From the human T2T-CHM13v2.0 reference genome, Homo sapiens: 64,000 bases of DNA. Location: the NCBI RefSeq assembly GCF_009914755.1, contig NC_060925.1; one strand, given 5' to 3'. The translations under genes and the position numbers were made by a program. Below are positions 51,730-64,000 of this stretch, piece after piece (within the stretch, counting starts at the first letter, position 1; each line of letters opens with the position of its first letter). A model generated the notes under the pieces. It did not search any database. It saw nothing but the letters and a program-made list of their open reading frames with translations, and was not told the DNA's origin.

Positions 51730-54700
51730 AAAGGTGAGAAAGAATCAACACAAAAAATGCTGAAAAGTCAAACAGCCAGAGTGCCCCTTTTCCTCCAAAT
51801 GACTGAAACACCTCTCCAGCAAGTGCTCAGAAATGGGCTGAGACTGAGATGGCCAAAATGACAGAAGTAGACCAGAATGGCAGTAATAATGAACTTCACT
51901 GACCTAGAGGAGCATGTTATAACCCAATGCAAAGAAGCTAAGAATCACGATAAAACAATACAGGAGCTGACAGCCAAAATAGCCAGTTTAGAGAGGAGCA
52001 TAACCAACCTGTTCAAGCTAAAAAACACACTACAAAAATTTCACAATGCAATCACAAGTATTAATAGCAGAATAGAACAAGCAGAGGAAAGAATCACAGA
52101 GCTTGAAGACTATCTTTCTGAAATAAGACAGGCAGATAGGAAAAAAAAAATGAACGAAAAGGAATGAACAAAACCACTGAGAAATATAGAATTATTTAAA
52201 GAGATCGAATCTATGATGGATTGGGGTACCTAAAAGAGATGGGTGAATGGAACCAAGTTGGAAATTATACTTCACGATGTCATCCAGGAAAAATTCCCCA
52301 ACCCTGCAGGACAGACCAACATTCAAATTCAGAAAATGCAGAGAACTCCAGTAAGATAATCCATGAGAAGATTATCCCCGAGGCACATAATCATTAGATT
52401 CTCCAAAACAGAAAAAAGAATTTGTTAAGGGCAGCCAGAGAAAAAGGCCAGGTCACCTACAAAGGGAAGCCCATCAGACTAACAGTGGACCTCTCCGTGG
52501 AAACCCTGCAAGCTAGAAGAGACTGGGCGCGTATATTTAACATTCTTAAAGAAAAAAATTTCCAACTCAGAATTTCACATCCAGCTAAACTAAGCTTCAT
52601 AAGCGAAAGAAAAATAAGATCCTTTTCAGACAAGCAAATGCTGAGGGAAGGCACATGACCTGCCCTGCAAGAGCTCCTGAGGAAAGCACTCAATGACGAG
52701 TTAATGGGTACAGCACACCAACATGACACATGTGAACATATGTAACAAATCCGCACGTTGTGCACGTGTACCCTAAAACTTAAAGTATAATAAAAAAAAG
52801 AAAAGGAAAGGAAAAAGCATTACCAGGCACTACAAAACACGCTGAGGCACACAGACCAATGATGCTATGAAGCAATCACATAAGCAAGTCTGCAAAATAA
52901 TCAGCTAGCATCATGATGACAAGATCAAATCCACACATAACAATACTAAACTTAAATGTAAGTGGGCCAAATGTCCCAATTAAAAGAAACAGAGTGGAAA
53001 GATGCATAAAGAATCAAGACCCATTGGCACGCTGTCTTTAAGAGATCCATCTCACATGCAAAGACACACATAAGCTCAAAATAAACAGATGGAGGAAAAT
53101 TTACCAAGCAAATTGAAAACATAAAAAAATAGGGGTTGCAGTACTAGTTTCTGACAAAACAGACTTTAAACCAACAAAGATAAAGAAAATACAAAAAGGG
53201 CATTAAATAATGGTCAGGGTTCAATTCAACAAGAAGAGTGGACTATTCTAAATATATACGCACACAATATAGGAGCACCCAGATTCATAAAGCAAGTTAT
53301 TAGAGACTTTCAAAGAGAATAAAACTCCCACAGAATAATAATAGTGGGGGGCTTTAACATTCCACTGACAATATTTGACAGATAATTGAGACAGAAAATT
53401 AACAAAGACATTCAGGACTTGAACTCAGCTCTGGATCAAGTGGGCCTGATAGATACATATAGAACTTTCCATCCCAAAACAACAGCAGATACATCCTTCT
53501 CATAGCCACATGACACTTACTCTAAAATTGATTGCATAGTTGGAAGGAAACATTCCTCAGCAAATGCAAAATAACTGAAATCGTAACAGTCTTTAAGACC
53601 ACAGCATAACCAAATTAGAACTCAAGATTGAGAAATTAACTCAAAACCACACCATTATATAGAAACTGAAAAACCTACTGCTGACGGACTCTTGAGTAAA
53701 TAATGAAATTAAGGCAGAAATTAAAAAGTTATTTGAAACTAATGAGAACAAAGATACAATGGATTAGCATTTCTGGGATGAAGCTAAAGAAGTGTTAAGA
53801 AGGAAATTTATAGCACTAAATGCCCACATCAAAACCTAGAAAGATCTCAAGTTAATCTAACAACAAAACTAAAAGAACTAGAGAATCAAGAGCATACAAG
53901 CTCCAAAGCTAGCAGAAGCCAAGAAATAACCAAGATCAGAGTTGAAGTCAAAGAGATACAGACAGAAAAATCCCCTTAAAGCATCAATGAATCCAGGAGC
54001 TGGTTTTTTTGAAATAATCAATCAACTAGATAGATAGATAGCTAGACTAATAAAAAAAGAGAGAAGATTCAAATAAACACAGTTAGAAATGATAAAAGGG
54101 ATATAATCACTGACCCCACAGAAATACAATCATCAGAGAATAGTACAAACACTTCTACGCAAATAAACTAGGAAACATAGAAGAGATGGATAAATACCTG
54201 GACACATACACTCTTCCAAGTCTGAACCAGGAAGAAACTGAATCCTTGAATAGAGCAATAACAAGTTCTGATATTGAGGCAGTAATAAATAGACTACCAA
54301 TGAAAAATAAAAATAAAAAAAGCCCAGGAACAGACAGATTCACAGCTGAATTCTACCAGAGGTACAAAGAACTGGTGCCATTTATACTGAAACAATTCCA
54401 GAAGTCCTCCCTAACTCATTCTGTGAGGCCAACACCAACCTGATACCTGGCAGAGATACAAAAAAAAAAAAAAAAAAAAAAAAAAAAACACACACACAAA
54501 AAAGGAAAGAAAAAAAAAGAAAATGGCAGCCCAATGTCCTTGATAAACATCGATATAAAAATCCTCAACAAAATACTGGCAAACTGGATCCAGCAGTACA
54601 TCAAAAAGCTTAGCTACTACAATCAAGTAGGCTTCAGCCCCAGGATGCAAGGTTGGTATAACATCCACAAGTCAGTAAGTGTGATCGTGTCCTTTGCAGG

Positions 54701-55030
54701 GACAAGGATGGAACTGGAGGTCATCATTCTCAGGCAACTGATGCAGGAACAGAAAACCAAATATCACATGTTCTCACTGATAAGTAGGAGCTGAATGATG
54801 GGAATACATGGACACAAAGGGAGCAACACACACTGGGGCCTGTCAGAGGGTGAAGGGGGGAGGAGGGAGAGCATCAGGAAGAATAGCTCATGGATTCTGG
54901 GCTTAATACTTAGGTGGTGAAATGATCTATTTAGCAAACTACCATGACACATGTTTACCTATGTAACAAACCTGCTCATCCTGCATATGTACCCCTGAAT
55001 TTAAAATAAAATAAAAATAAATAACAAATA
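51730..55030 (+). mobile_element. L1PA11-13-like element: starts at the ORF1 start, ~2 kb of ORF2 deleted at ~54686
   Basis: ORF1 frames (LRAAREKGQVTYKGKPIRLTVDLS). ORF2 frames ([17 protein letters not shown]). The 54534-54794 frame fuses ..[13 protein letters not shown].. to ..[14 protein letters not shown]... TSD AGAACAGCAC (51720-51729) / AGAAGAGCAC (55173-55182). Confidence 0.9.
52692..52805 (+). mobile_element. Nested ~110-bp 3' end of a younger L1PA (PA2-PA5-like)
   Basis: 'aatgacgagttaatgggt.cagcacaccaacatg...gtaccctaaaacttaaagtataataaaaaaa'. Confidence 0.88.
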
Positions 55031-55032
55031 AA

Positions 55033-55173
55033 CCTATTTTTATTCATTTAAAGAAGATTAAATATAAATTAAAAATTGGCTTTTATTACCTTATAAAATT
55101 ATTTTCAATATTTGTCTCAACAATTATAATTTTCAATAAATCATCATCAAGTACTCAAAAAAAAAAAAAAAAA
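55033..55173 (+). other. Probable L1 3' transduction with AATAAA (55135-55140) and A17 tail
   Basis: Non-L1 sequence between the L1 tail and a second poly(A), all lying inside the TSDs. Confidence 0.78.
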
Positions 55174-56009
55174 GAAGAGCACTGAATTCAATGCCTTGCA
55201 GTTGTTGTGTTCTCTCTCCCAGTACCCAGGGATGCTCTCCATACCATGTAGCTGCTGCCAGGGATTGGGGAACACATGGCATTGGTGATTCAGGACTATA
55301 TTTTCTATCTCTTCAGTGCCTCCTTCAGAGAATTTTAAACCAGGTACTATGGGTGCTTAGCTGATTTTTATTTTTTACGAAGCTATTTTCTTCTGTGTAG
55401 ATAGTTATTAACTTAGTGTCCTTTGTTGGGAGTTCCGGGGGTGATGTGCCTCCACCAATAGAACATTCTTATTTAGCTTAGAGCAGATACCTTTTTCTCT
55501 GGTTTTAGAGTTAAACTTACCAAATGCATTACTTAAAAATATAGATACTTTCTAAATATGTGATATCCTTTAAACCTTTTGATAAAAGCTAGTATTTCCT
55601 TCTAAAATATATTGCAGTTAATCTTTTAAAATAGATTTAGCCCTCAATACTGGTGATTTTTTAAAGTGTCTTTTTCTATTATAGTGCTGTTATAAAACTA
55701 TCATGACTAATAACCCAGTAAACAAGAGAAGAAATAGATACATCTCCAACTATCCCCCAAGCCCACCAGATCTGATCTCTTTACCTCTTGTTTTATTAAT
55801 TTTGAAATGGCAAATCTTATTTTAGTTTTTAAAGGCTAAAAGAAAAATGAATATCTTTTTAAATGATTTAAATAAATAACAAATACACCAAAATATTTAC
55901 ATACAGGAATATATTCTATTCTCTGTAGTAGTTACTCAGAACTTGCACTTGCAAAGTTTTAATCTCTCAAGACACTTTGAGACAGTTCCTAAAGAATTTC
56001 TTTCTAAGA

Positions 56010-56270
56010 GATGGCACGCAGAATGAATGAAGATTCTGGAGTTTTATATTGGATAGACAGTAGCTTAAAGCTTAGTTTTATTTTATCACTAGCTTTGTAA
56101 AAAATTACTTAATCTCTCTGTTTATCTCAGTTGTGAATTTATAAAATGAAGTGCGTGACAATAGCATTTACCTCCAGATTGTGGTAAAAATTATGAGAGT
56201 TTGAAGAATGTCAAGTACTGAGCAAATTATTTGGCACATAGTAACACCTCAATAATACAAGCTATTTTAT
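56010..56270 (+). mobile_element. MIR, near full length
   Basis: 'aattacttaatctctctgtttatctcagtt...tataaaatg', 'tggcacatagtaacacctcaataa'. Confidence 0.7.
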
Positions 56271-56999
56271 ATTAAAAAACAACCTTTTGAAAAATTAAAT
56301 CATACCCTTTAAGACAATACTAATATGTCAACATTGGAGAAAATTAAAACTATGTGTGGAGGTTTAGAAAAGAATTCCCAACAAAGAAATCCAAAATTGC
56401 TTTTAAAAAATGACTTAATCTTTAAAATTCAAATGTACTGGACTCTGAAGTTATAACCTTATGAAATGTATAGCTATAACTTATAACCCATAAGCAAGTA
56501 GATTATTTAAAGGACCTAGGGATATGCCACAAAAAGAAAATCCCAGGTGGTGATATACCTGGTAGCCTGAAAGTAGGAGGGTAATATCTTTGGGGGTATA
56601 CTAATACATATATGCTTTATTTCTAAAGACTGGGCAACTGATAAAATAATAAAAAAAAACTGTCACTAGCTAAGATACAGTGGTTATTCTAAATAGCAAC
56701 AGAGTAGATGAGCCATTTACCGAAACTCATATTGAACTTCAGAATACCAAGAAGGTGGAAAAAAACATGGATAAAGACTTGGTCTGGAATCTGCTCCTAC
56801 ATTCGCCTCACAGGTAAAAATTACAAAATTTCATCAACTTGTTTAATAGTGGAGTTTGCTTGACTACTATTTTGTTTTTATTCTTCCTCAGCTATGCTTG
56901 CTGTTTGTTTTTTGAGTGTGTTTTCCTTAGTATTCTGTTCTTTTTGCTTTGGTAAGGATGCTTAGAGCATCTGGGTGCTATATGGAGCTTAGCTGTAGA

Positions 57000-57603
57000 T
57001 CATCGAGTTGTCTATTGCTGCATAAAACTACTGTAAATATAGAAACTTAAAACAGCCCCTAGCTATGTAAGTCAAAAGCCCAGGTATACTGATTGTGTTC
57101 TCTGCTTAGCATCTTACAATACTGCAATCACGTTGTCTATAGGTTATGTTCTCATCTAGAGCTCTGAATCCTTTTCCAAACTCTCTCAAACTATTGGAAG
57201 AATTCAGTTCTTTTGAGGCATAGAAGAGAAAGAGTCCCTTTCTCTTCTTACTGTTAGCCAAGTATTGGTCTTAGTTCTTAGTGAGCACCTCAGTCCCTTC
57301 CCACATGGCCCCATTCAACTTTCAAGTGAACAAGAAATCTCCCTTGTTTAGAATTTTCCTCATGCTTCAAATCTCTGATTTGCTCTATGAACAGGTAAAG
57401 GAAACTAAAGGCTCATGTGGTTACGTCAGGCCCACCAAGATAATCTCCCTGTTTTAAGGTCAACTGATTTGGGACCATAATTATCTCTTCAAAATCCCTT
57501 CAGAGTTGGTACATGGATTGATATTTGGCTGAATAACTTGGAGAGAGTGCTGGTACAGTGGGTTTTTGGAATCTCAATAGCCATCTTACAATCTGCCTAC
57601 CAT
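57000..57603 (-). mobile_element. MaLR solo LTR, MLT1E-like
   Basis: 'tctattgctgcataa', 'aaggctcatgtggttacgtcaggcccaccaagataatctccct...aaggtcaactgatttgggacc', ending 'tctgcctaccat'. Confidence 0.72.
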
Positions 57604-58149
57604 GGATGGATGAACAGATTGAGTAGACGCAGTCATTCTTTGGATTCAACAGAAGTCAAATTCATGTACAAGAATAGTCTATTCTGGGAAGCTTGCCCAA
57701 ATTCTACAATTGAAACAATAATTCAGAGTATAAGAAAAAAATACTCGGTCTTCTCAGAGGGTAGCTAGTTCAGACAGGTGTGTTACCCAATGTCTTCTCT
57801 AAATTTAACATCCCTAACTGTGTAGTGAAAATTATTAGTGCTTGGAGCTTAATTGTAGACTCTAGAGGCTTAGATCAGACAGTTGTACTGTTGTTCACTT
57901 TCCCCTGATGTTTATATAGTAACTGAATGTGCTGCCGCTACTGGCACTTAGAACAGAGGCTTGGGCTTTTATTTTTTATATGCCTCTGGAAAGAAAATCA
58001 AAATCAATTTGCTTTTACTACAGAACATTAATGAGTTAGACTAACTCTACCTAGTAGGAATGTAAACTTTTGGTGGATGTACAATCTGTACTAAGATGAC
58101 TTTTTGGTAATGATCTCTGCTAAGAAAACTGCTTACAACATTGTATTGA

Positions 58150-59230
58150 ATGCCATATAAACACTGACTAAAGATAAATGGACTTTGCTAGGGCAAAATC
58201 TATGACCCCACCACTCAAGTGTTCACCTTGGGAGCTAGCCAGACTACCATCAAAGAACATTAAAGGCAAACTGTTAATAACAACATAGGAAGCCCAACAC
58301 CTGATTAGTCACTTTGGGTATTGAAGACAGCACATTCTACTCCCAGGAACTTTATAACAACCTCTATAACAAGTCAATAGACATATGTTCAAATTTAAGT
58401 GGAAGTTCTTATAGCATGAAGCCTTGCAAGAAGTACAGACAGTAAATTAAGTTCAATCCTAGAGACCTCTATATTCTTTAGACCTCATAGAGTTAAAGCT
58501 AATTGGGAAGTGTGCCAAAATATTCCATCAGTACTCAGCATCTTCTAGGCTTTTATATTTGAAGATATCATCCCACTACAGATCAGTGACTATAAATATT
58601 TTGCAACTTGCTCTTAATAGAAATGGAAAACCAAATTATGACTTTCCAATCAATCTTCTCATCCCACAATGAAATCTTTAATTAAGGGCTCAAATGACCC
58701 TCAACACCTTAGCCACATTTACAAACAGATAACTGCTCACTTATTAGACATAGAAATAACCTTGCCTACTACTCCAAGCAAATTTCTGGCTCACAGAGGG
58801 CCTTGCCTAAAAGACCTCATACTTCCAAAGACAATAAGGATTACTATTGAAAACAGCCTGTCTTCAGATTGGATCAATCCAAAAGACTACCACAGCCATT
58901 CATCATAATTACTTCAAATTACCATTGAACCATAGAATCGGATACTATGTACAATGATCCAAATATCAAATGGTGTTCCTGTCCATACAGTGCACTGAGA
59001 TAGGCACACAGATTCCTGGGCTACCAATAATAGGCTAATCCTATGATGATGACATTAAGCTATCAGGACCTTATTACTAATGACACATCCATATACATTA
59101 ACTTGCTCATGAACTAATCTTTATTTTTACATATTTATGTCCACATAAAGTGACCATAATTAAGAAATAGTATCTGGAATGATGAGCCCCATCAAACATG
59201 CATGGCCATCTTGTCTACCAAGCCTATGGG
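58150..59230 (+). pseudogene. Highly degraded ERVL/class III-like pol relic (RT connection and RNase H)
   Basis: Manual translation gives EAQHLISHFGY*RQHI (~58289), QPL*QVNRHMFKFKWKFL*HEALQEVQ (~58358) and FLHIYVHIK*...IWNDE (~59125). These resemble recalled ERVL 'EAQRLVGLFGFWRQHIP..RPIYRVTRKAASFEWGPEQEKALQQVQ' and the RNase H 'HVxAH..N..AD' motif. Confidence 0.6.
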
Positions 59231-59604
59231 TCCTATTCTCTCATTCTCTAATCCACTGCAGTAATGAAAATTACTGTAAAGAACTGGGACGTACACCAAT
59301 AAAATATTTTTGCATATGTTGGAGCCCCTGTTGTTCACAAGATCTTTCCTTTTGCCAGCTATTCTCACTTATTAAACCAAGTCCTTTTCCAAACCAAAAC
59401 ATTCCATTGTCTTTAACTATTTGTAAGTTTCTAATGGCATGCTCAATTGTGCCTTTGTTGATTTTTCTGGCACCCACAAGTGGGGTATAAAACAAGGAGA
59501 ATTTAAGAAAGAACCTAATATTCTCCTCCTTTTCACATAAGGGTACGCTGCTTCCTTTTTTTGTGTTTATTGTGCTCTGTGAAAATGTGTGGGAAATTGT
59601 GGCA

Positions 59605-62600
59605 GTGGCAGAGCAAGGTGGCTGAATAGAACTTTTACTGATTGCCCTCCCTACAAGAACACCAGGTGAACAACTATCTGCACAAACATGCACCTTCAGA
59701 AGAACCAAAATTCAGGTGAGTGATGAAAGTACCTAGTTTTAACTACATATCACAGAAAGAGGTGCTGAAGAAGTAAGAAAGACAGTATTGAATTGCCAAT
59801 GCCACCCCATCTTCGTCTCCTAAAAGCTGAAGCTTGGCCTGGAGAAAGAATCTATGTGCTTGCAGGAAAGAGAGTGTCATAATTGTGGGAGTTTGGATTG
59901 GAACTTAATGCTGCCCTGTCAGAGTGGAAAGGAACACCAGGCAGAACTCAGCCAGCATCCACAGAGAGAACTTTTAGATCAGCTCTAGCCAGAGGCAAAT
60001 TGCCCATCCCAGTGGTTGGAACCTGAGTTCCAGCAAGCCTCACCACCATGGGCTAAAGTAAATAAACTTGAAAGGTAGTCACGCCCACAAGGACTGCAAT
60101 TCTTGGAAACATTCTAGTGCTGTGGTGAACTTGGAGCCAGTGGACTTGGGGGACATGTGACCTAGTGAGACACCAGCCAGGATGGTCAAAGTAGTGCTTG
60201 CACCACCCCTCCCTCAACCCCAGACAGTGCAACTCACAGCTCCAGGAGCCTCATCCTCGCTGTTTGAGAAGAGGAGAATGAAGAGTAAAGAAGACTTTGT
60301 CTTGCAACTTGGATATCAACTCAACCATAATAGGATGGGGACTGGGCAGTTTCCCTGAGGCTCCCATTCCAGGACCTAGCTCCTGATGACATTTCTTCAC
60401 ACACCCTGGGCCAAAAAAGAACCTTTTGCCATGAAGGGAAAGCAGTCCCAGTGGGATTTACCCCCTGCTGATTAAAGAGCCATTGTGCCCTGAATAATCA
60501 GCAGTGAAATACCCAGGCAATACTTGCCATGGGCTTAAATGAAACTCAGAGATGTGCTGGCTTCAGGTGTGACCCAGCACATTCCTAGCTATGGTGGCTA
60601 TGGGGAGAGACTCTTTCTGCTTTAGAAAAGAACAGGGAAGAGTAAAGGGTAATTGGTCTTTCAGTTTAGGTACCAGCTCAGCCACAGTGGAGTAGACCAC
60701 CAGGTGGGCTCTTGAGGTCCCCAATTCTAGGTCTTGACTCTTGGATGGCATTTCTGGACCTTTTCTAGGTTAGAGGGGAGTCTGCTGCCCTGAAGGAAGA
60801 ATCCAGGCCTGGCATCATTGAATACAAGTTGACCAAAAAGCCCTTGGACCTAGAGTGAACGTTGACAGTAGTCAGGGAGTACTTGCCATGAGCCTGGGGC
60901 AGTGAGGCAATAGGGAGAGAATCCTCTGCTTGTGAAAAGTGGAAGGAAGAGTGAGAAGGACTTTGTCTTGTGTCTTGAGTACCAGCTCAGCCCAAGTAGA
61001 ATAGAGCACAAGGTAGATTCCTAAGGTTGCTGACTTGAGGTCTGGGCTCCCAGGTGGCATCTCTGGAACTGCCCAGGTCTGGGTGGGGGGGACTTATTGC
61101 CCTGAAGAGAAGGACACAAGACTGGCTGGGTTTACCACCTGCTGATTGTAGAGCACCAGGGCCTTAAGTGAACATAGGCAGTAGTTACCATAGGCCTTGG
61201 ATGAGAACCAGTATCATGCTGGCTTCAGATCTGACCCACTGCAGTCCCACTGATGGTGACCATGGGGGTATTTAGGCTGCTTCTCTTCCAGCTCCAGGCA
61301 GCTCAGCACAGAGAGAGAGAGATAGAGACTCTGTTTGAGAGAAAGTAAGGGAAGAGAACAAGATAATCCAGGTAATTCTTCTAGATATTATGCAGGACCA
61401 CCAGAGCAGTACCTCTACAAGTCTGCAAGAGCCAGCATTACTGAGCTTGGAGTGCCCCCTAATGCAGATACAGCTTCACAGACCATAAACTTAGATTACT
61501 ACACCTAAGTCCATCTAAACAGCTGAAAAGCTGTATTAGTCCTTTTTCATGCTGTTGATAAAGACATACCTGAGACTAGGCAATTTACAAAAGGAAGAGG
61601 TTTAATTGGACTTACAGTATCACATGGGTGGGGAAACCTCACAATTATGGTAGAAAGCAAGGAGGAGCAGGACACATCTAACATGGATGTCAGCAGGCAA
61701 AGAGAGAGCTTATATAGGGGAACTCCTCTTTTTAAAACCATTGGATCTCATGAGACTTATTCACCATCATGAAAACAGCACAGGAAAGACTTGCCCCCAT
61801 GATTAAATTACCTCCCACCAGGTCCCTCCCATAACATGAGGGAATTCAAGATGAGATTTGGGTGGGGACATAGCCAAACCATATTATTCTGCCCCTAGTC
61901 CCTCTCAAATCTCATGTCCTTACATTTCAAAACCAATCATGCCTTCCCAACAGTCCCCCAAAGTCTTAAGTCCTTTCAGCATTAACTCAAAAATCCATAG
62001 TCCAGAATCTCATCCGAGACAAGGCAAATCTCTTCTACCTATGAGTCTGTAAAATTAAAAGCAGGTTAATTACTTTTTAGATACAGTGGGGGTACAGGTA
62101 TTTGGTAAACACTGCCATTCCAAATAGCCAAAATAAGGAAGCTACAGGCCCCATGTAAGTCCGAAATCCAACAGGGCAGTCAAATACTAAAGCTCCAAAG
62201 TGATCTCTTTGACTCGATGTCTCACATCTAGATCATGCTGATGCAAGAGGTGGGTTCCCATGGTCTTGGGCAGCTCCACTCCTGTGGCTCTGCCGGGTAC
62301 AGTATCCCTCTCAGCTGCTTTCACATGCTGGCAATGAGTGTCTGCAGGTTTTCTAGGTGCATTGTGCAAGGTGTAGGTGGGTCTACCATTCAGAGGCCTG
62401 GAGGATAGTGGCCCTCTTCTCATAGGCAGTGCCCTCCACTAGGTAGTGCCCCAGTAGGGACTCTGTGTGGGGGTTCTGACCCCACATTTCCCTTCCATAC
62501 TGCCCTAGCAGAGGTCCTCCATGAGAACCCCACCCTTGCAGCAAACTTCTGCTTGGACATCTAGACGTTTTCATACATCTTCTGAAATCTAGGTGGAGGT

Positions 62601-64000
62601 TCCCAAACCTCAATTCTTGACTTCTGTGCACTCACAGACTCAACATTACATGGAAACTGCCGAGGCTTGGGGCTTGTACCCTCTGAAGCCATGGTCCAAG
62701 GTCTATGTTGACCCCTTTCAGCCACAACTGGAGCAGCTGGGATGCAGGGCACAAATTCCCTAGGCTGCACACAGCATGGGGACCCTGGGCACGGCCCACA
62801 AAACCATCTTTGACTCCTAGGCCTCTGGGCCTGTGATGGGAGGGGCTGCTGTGAAGACCTCTGACACTCCCTGGAGACATTGTCCCCATTGTCTTAGGGA
62901 TTGACATTTGGCTCCTCATTACTTATGCAAACTTCTGCAGCCAGAAAATGGGATTTTCTTTTCTATGGCATTGTCGTGCTGCAAATTTTTGGAACTTTTA
63001 TGTCCTGTTTCCCTGATGAAACCGAATGCCTTTAACAGCACCCAAGTCCCCTCTTGAATGCTTTGTTGTTTAGAAATTTCTTCCACCAGACAACCTAAAT
63101 CATCTCTCTCAAGTTCAAAGTTACACAAATCTCTAGGGCGGGGGCAAAATGCTGCCAGTCTCCTTGCTAAAACATAACAAGAGTCACATTTGCTCCAGTT
63201 CCCAAAAAGTTTCTCATCTCCATCTGACACCACCTCAGCCTGGATCTTATTGTTCATATCATTATCAGACTTTTGGTGAAAGACATTCAACAAGTCTTTA
63301 GGGAGTTCCAAACTTTCCCACATTTTGCTCTCTTCTTCAGAGCCCTCCACACTGTTCCAACCTTTGCCTGTTAACCATTTCCAAAGTCATTTCCACATTT
63401 TGGGTATCTTTTCAGCAATGCCCAACCTACTGGTACCAATTTACTGTATTAGTCCATTTTCACTCAGTTGATAAAGACATACCCAAGACTGGGCAATTTA
63501 CAAAAGAATGACTTGTGCAGGGGAACTCTTCTTTTTAAACCATCAGATCTTATGAGACGTATTGAGAACAGTATGGGAAAGACTTGCCCCATGATTCAAT
63601 TACCTCCCACTGGGTCCCTCCCACAATATGTGGGAATTCAAGATGAGATATGAGTGGGGATACAGCCAAACTATATCAAAAGCCTTTCCAAGGAGGACAA
63701 CTACAAATAAGTCCAGACTGTGAAGATTACAATAAACACCAAGCTCTTCAATTCCAAGACACCAAAAAGCATCCAGAAACATCAAGACCATCAAAGAAAA
63801 CATGACCTCATCAAAAGTACTAAATAAGAAATCAGGCACCAATCCTGTAGAGACAGAGATATGTGATCTTTCAGAGTAAAAATTCAAAATAACTGTTTTG
63901 AGGAAAGTCAATGAAATCCAAGACAACACAAAGAAGATATTCAGAATCCTAGCAGATAAATTTAACAAAAAGATTGTAATAATTAAGAAGTCTCAAGCAG
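59605..64000 (+). mobile_element. L1M1/L1MA-type 5' UTR and start of ORF1, interrupted by THE1B, continuing beyond the window
   Basis: 'gagcaaggtggctgaatagaa'. Repeated ~310-355 bp UTR units ('gaagagt...ctttgtctt' at ~60280, 60637, 60946). ORF1 start region 'caagaccatcaaagaaaacatgacctca'. Confidence 0.8.
61532..63678 (-). mobile_element. Complete THE1B provirus (LTR 61532-61886, internal, deleted LTR 63445-63678)
   Basis: THE1B diagnostics 'ggcaatttacaaaag' and 'caaggaggagca'. Perfect TSD AAAGC (61527-61531 / 63679-63683). MaLR ORF remnant MEGSEEESKMWESLELPKDLL. Confidence 0.93.

Larger units (their letters stand above)
46955..55450 (-). mobile_element. L1MA1/2-like element (3' UTR, ORF2, large internal deletions, long 5' UTR 49960-51729 and 55183-55450), interrupted by an L1PA
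   Basis: L1MA 3' UTR 'acaaacaatccaatt...tttttagattcaacaaataagtgagaacatg'. ORF2 frame [19 protein letters not shown]. 5' UTR homologous to the + strand copy at 59605 onward. Confidence 0.82.

Noticed and set aside
59271-59708. 145-aa minus-strand ORF
   Set aside because: Straddles an L1 5' UTR boundary, starts at a non-ATG codon, and has no recognisable domain.

Overview
AT-rich, repeat-dense primate genomic DNA, most likely human (AluY, THE1B/C/D, MER41B, Hsmar1 and L1PA are all present). It looks like gene-poor intergenic or deep intronic sequence. I cannot support any intact protein-coding gene, RNA gene or CRISPR array. Most of the longer ORFs in the track are Alu antisense frames, L1 ORF1/ORF2 fragments, THE1 internal remnants or broken Hsmar1 transposase. 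The window is a nested fossil record: several L1s of different ages, two complete THE1 proviruses, MaLR/ERVL/ERV1 solo LTRs, Tigger/MER6/Hsmar1 DNA transposons and an ancient ERVL-like pol relic. The best-supported unusual observations are: (1) a 313-bp, ~96% identical inverted copy of an L1/L1 junction 5.4 kb from its source; (2) a second local templated insertion and several snap-back scars; (3) an L1 3' transduction with its own AATAAA; (4) a 5'-inverted (twin-primed) AluY; (5) a MER41B solo LTR retaining both tandem GAS motifs. More speculatively, a chain of minus-strand candidate exons splices into a 69-aa ORF. I found no convincing new biological system. Repeat subfamily names come from my recollection of consensus sequences and need RepeatMasker/Dfam confirmation. 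Boundaries of old repeats are approximate.
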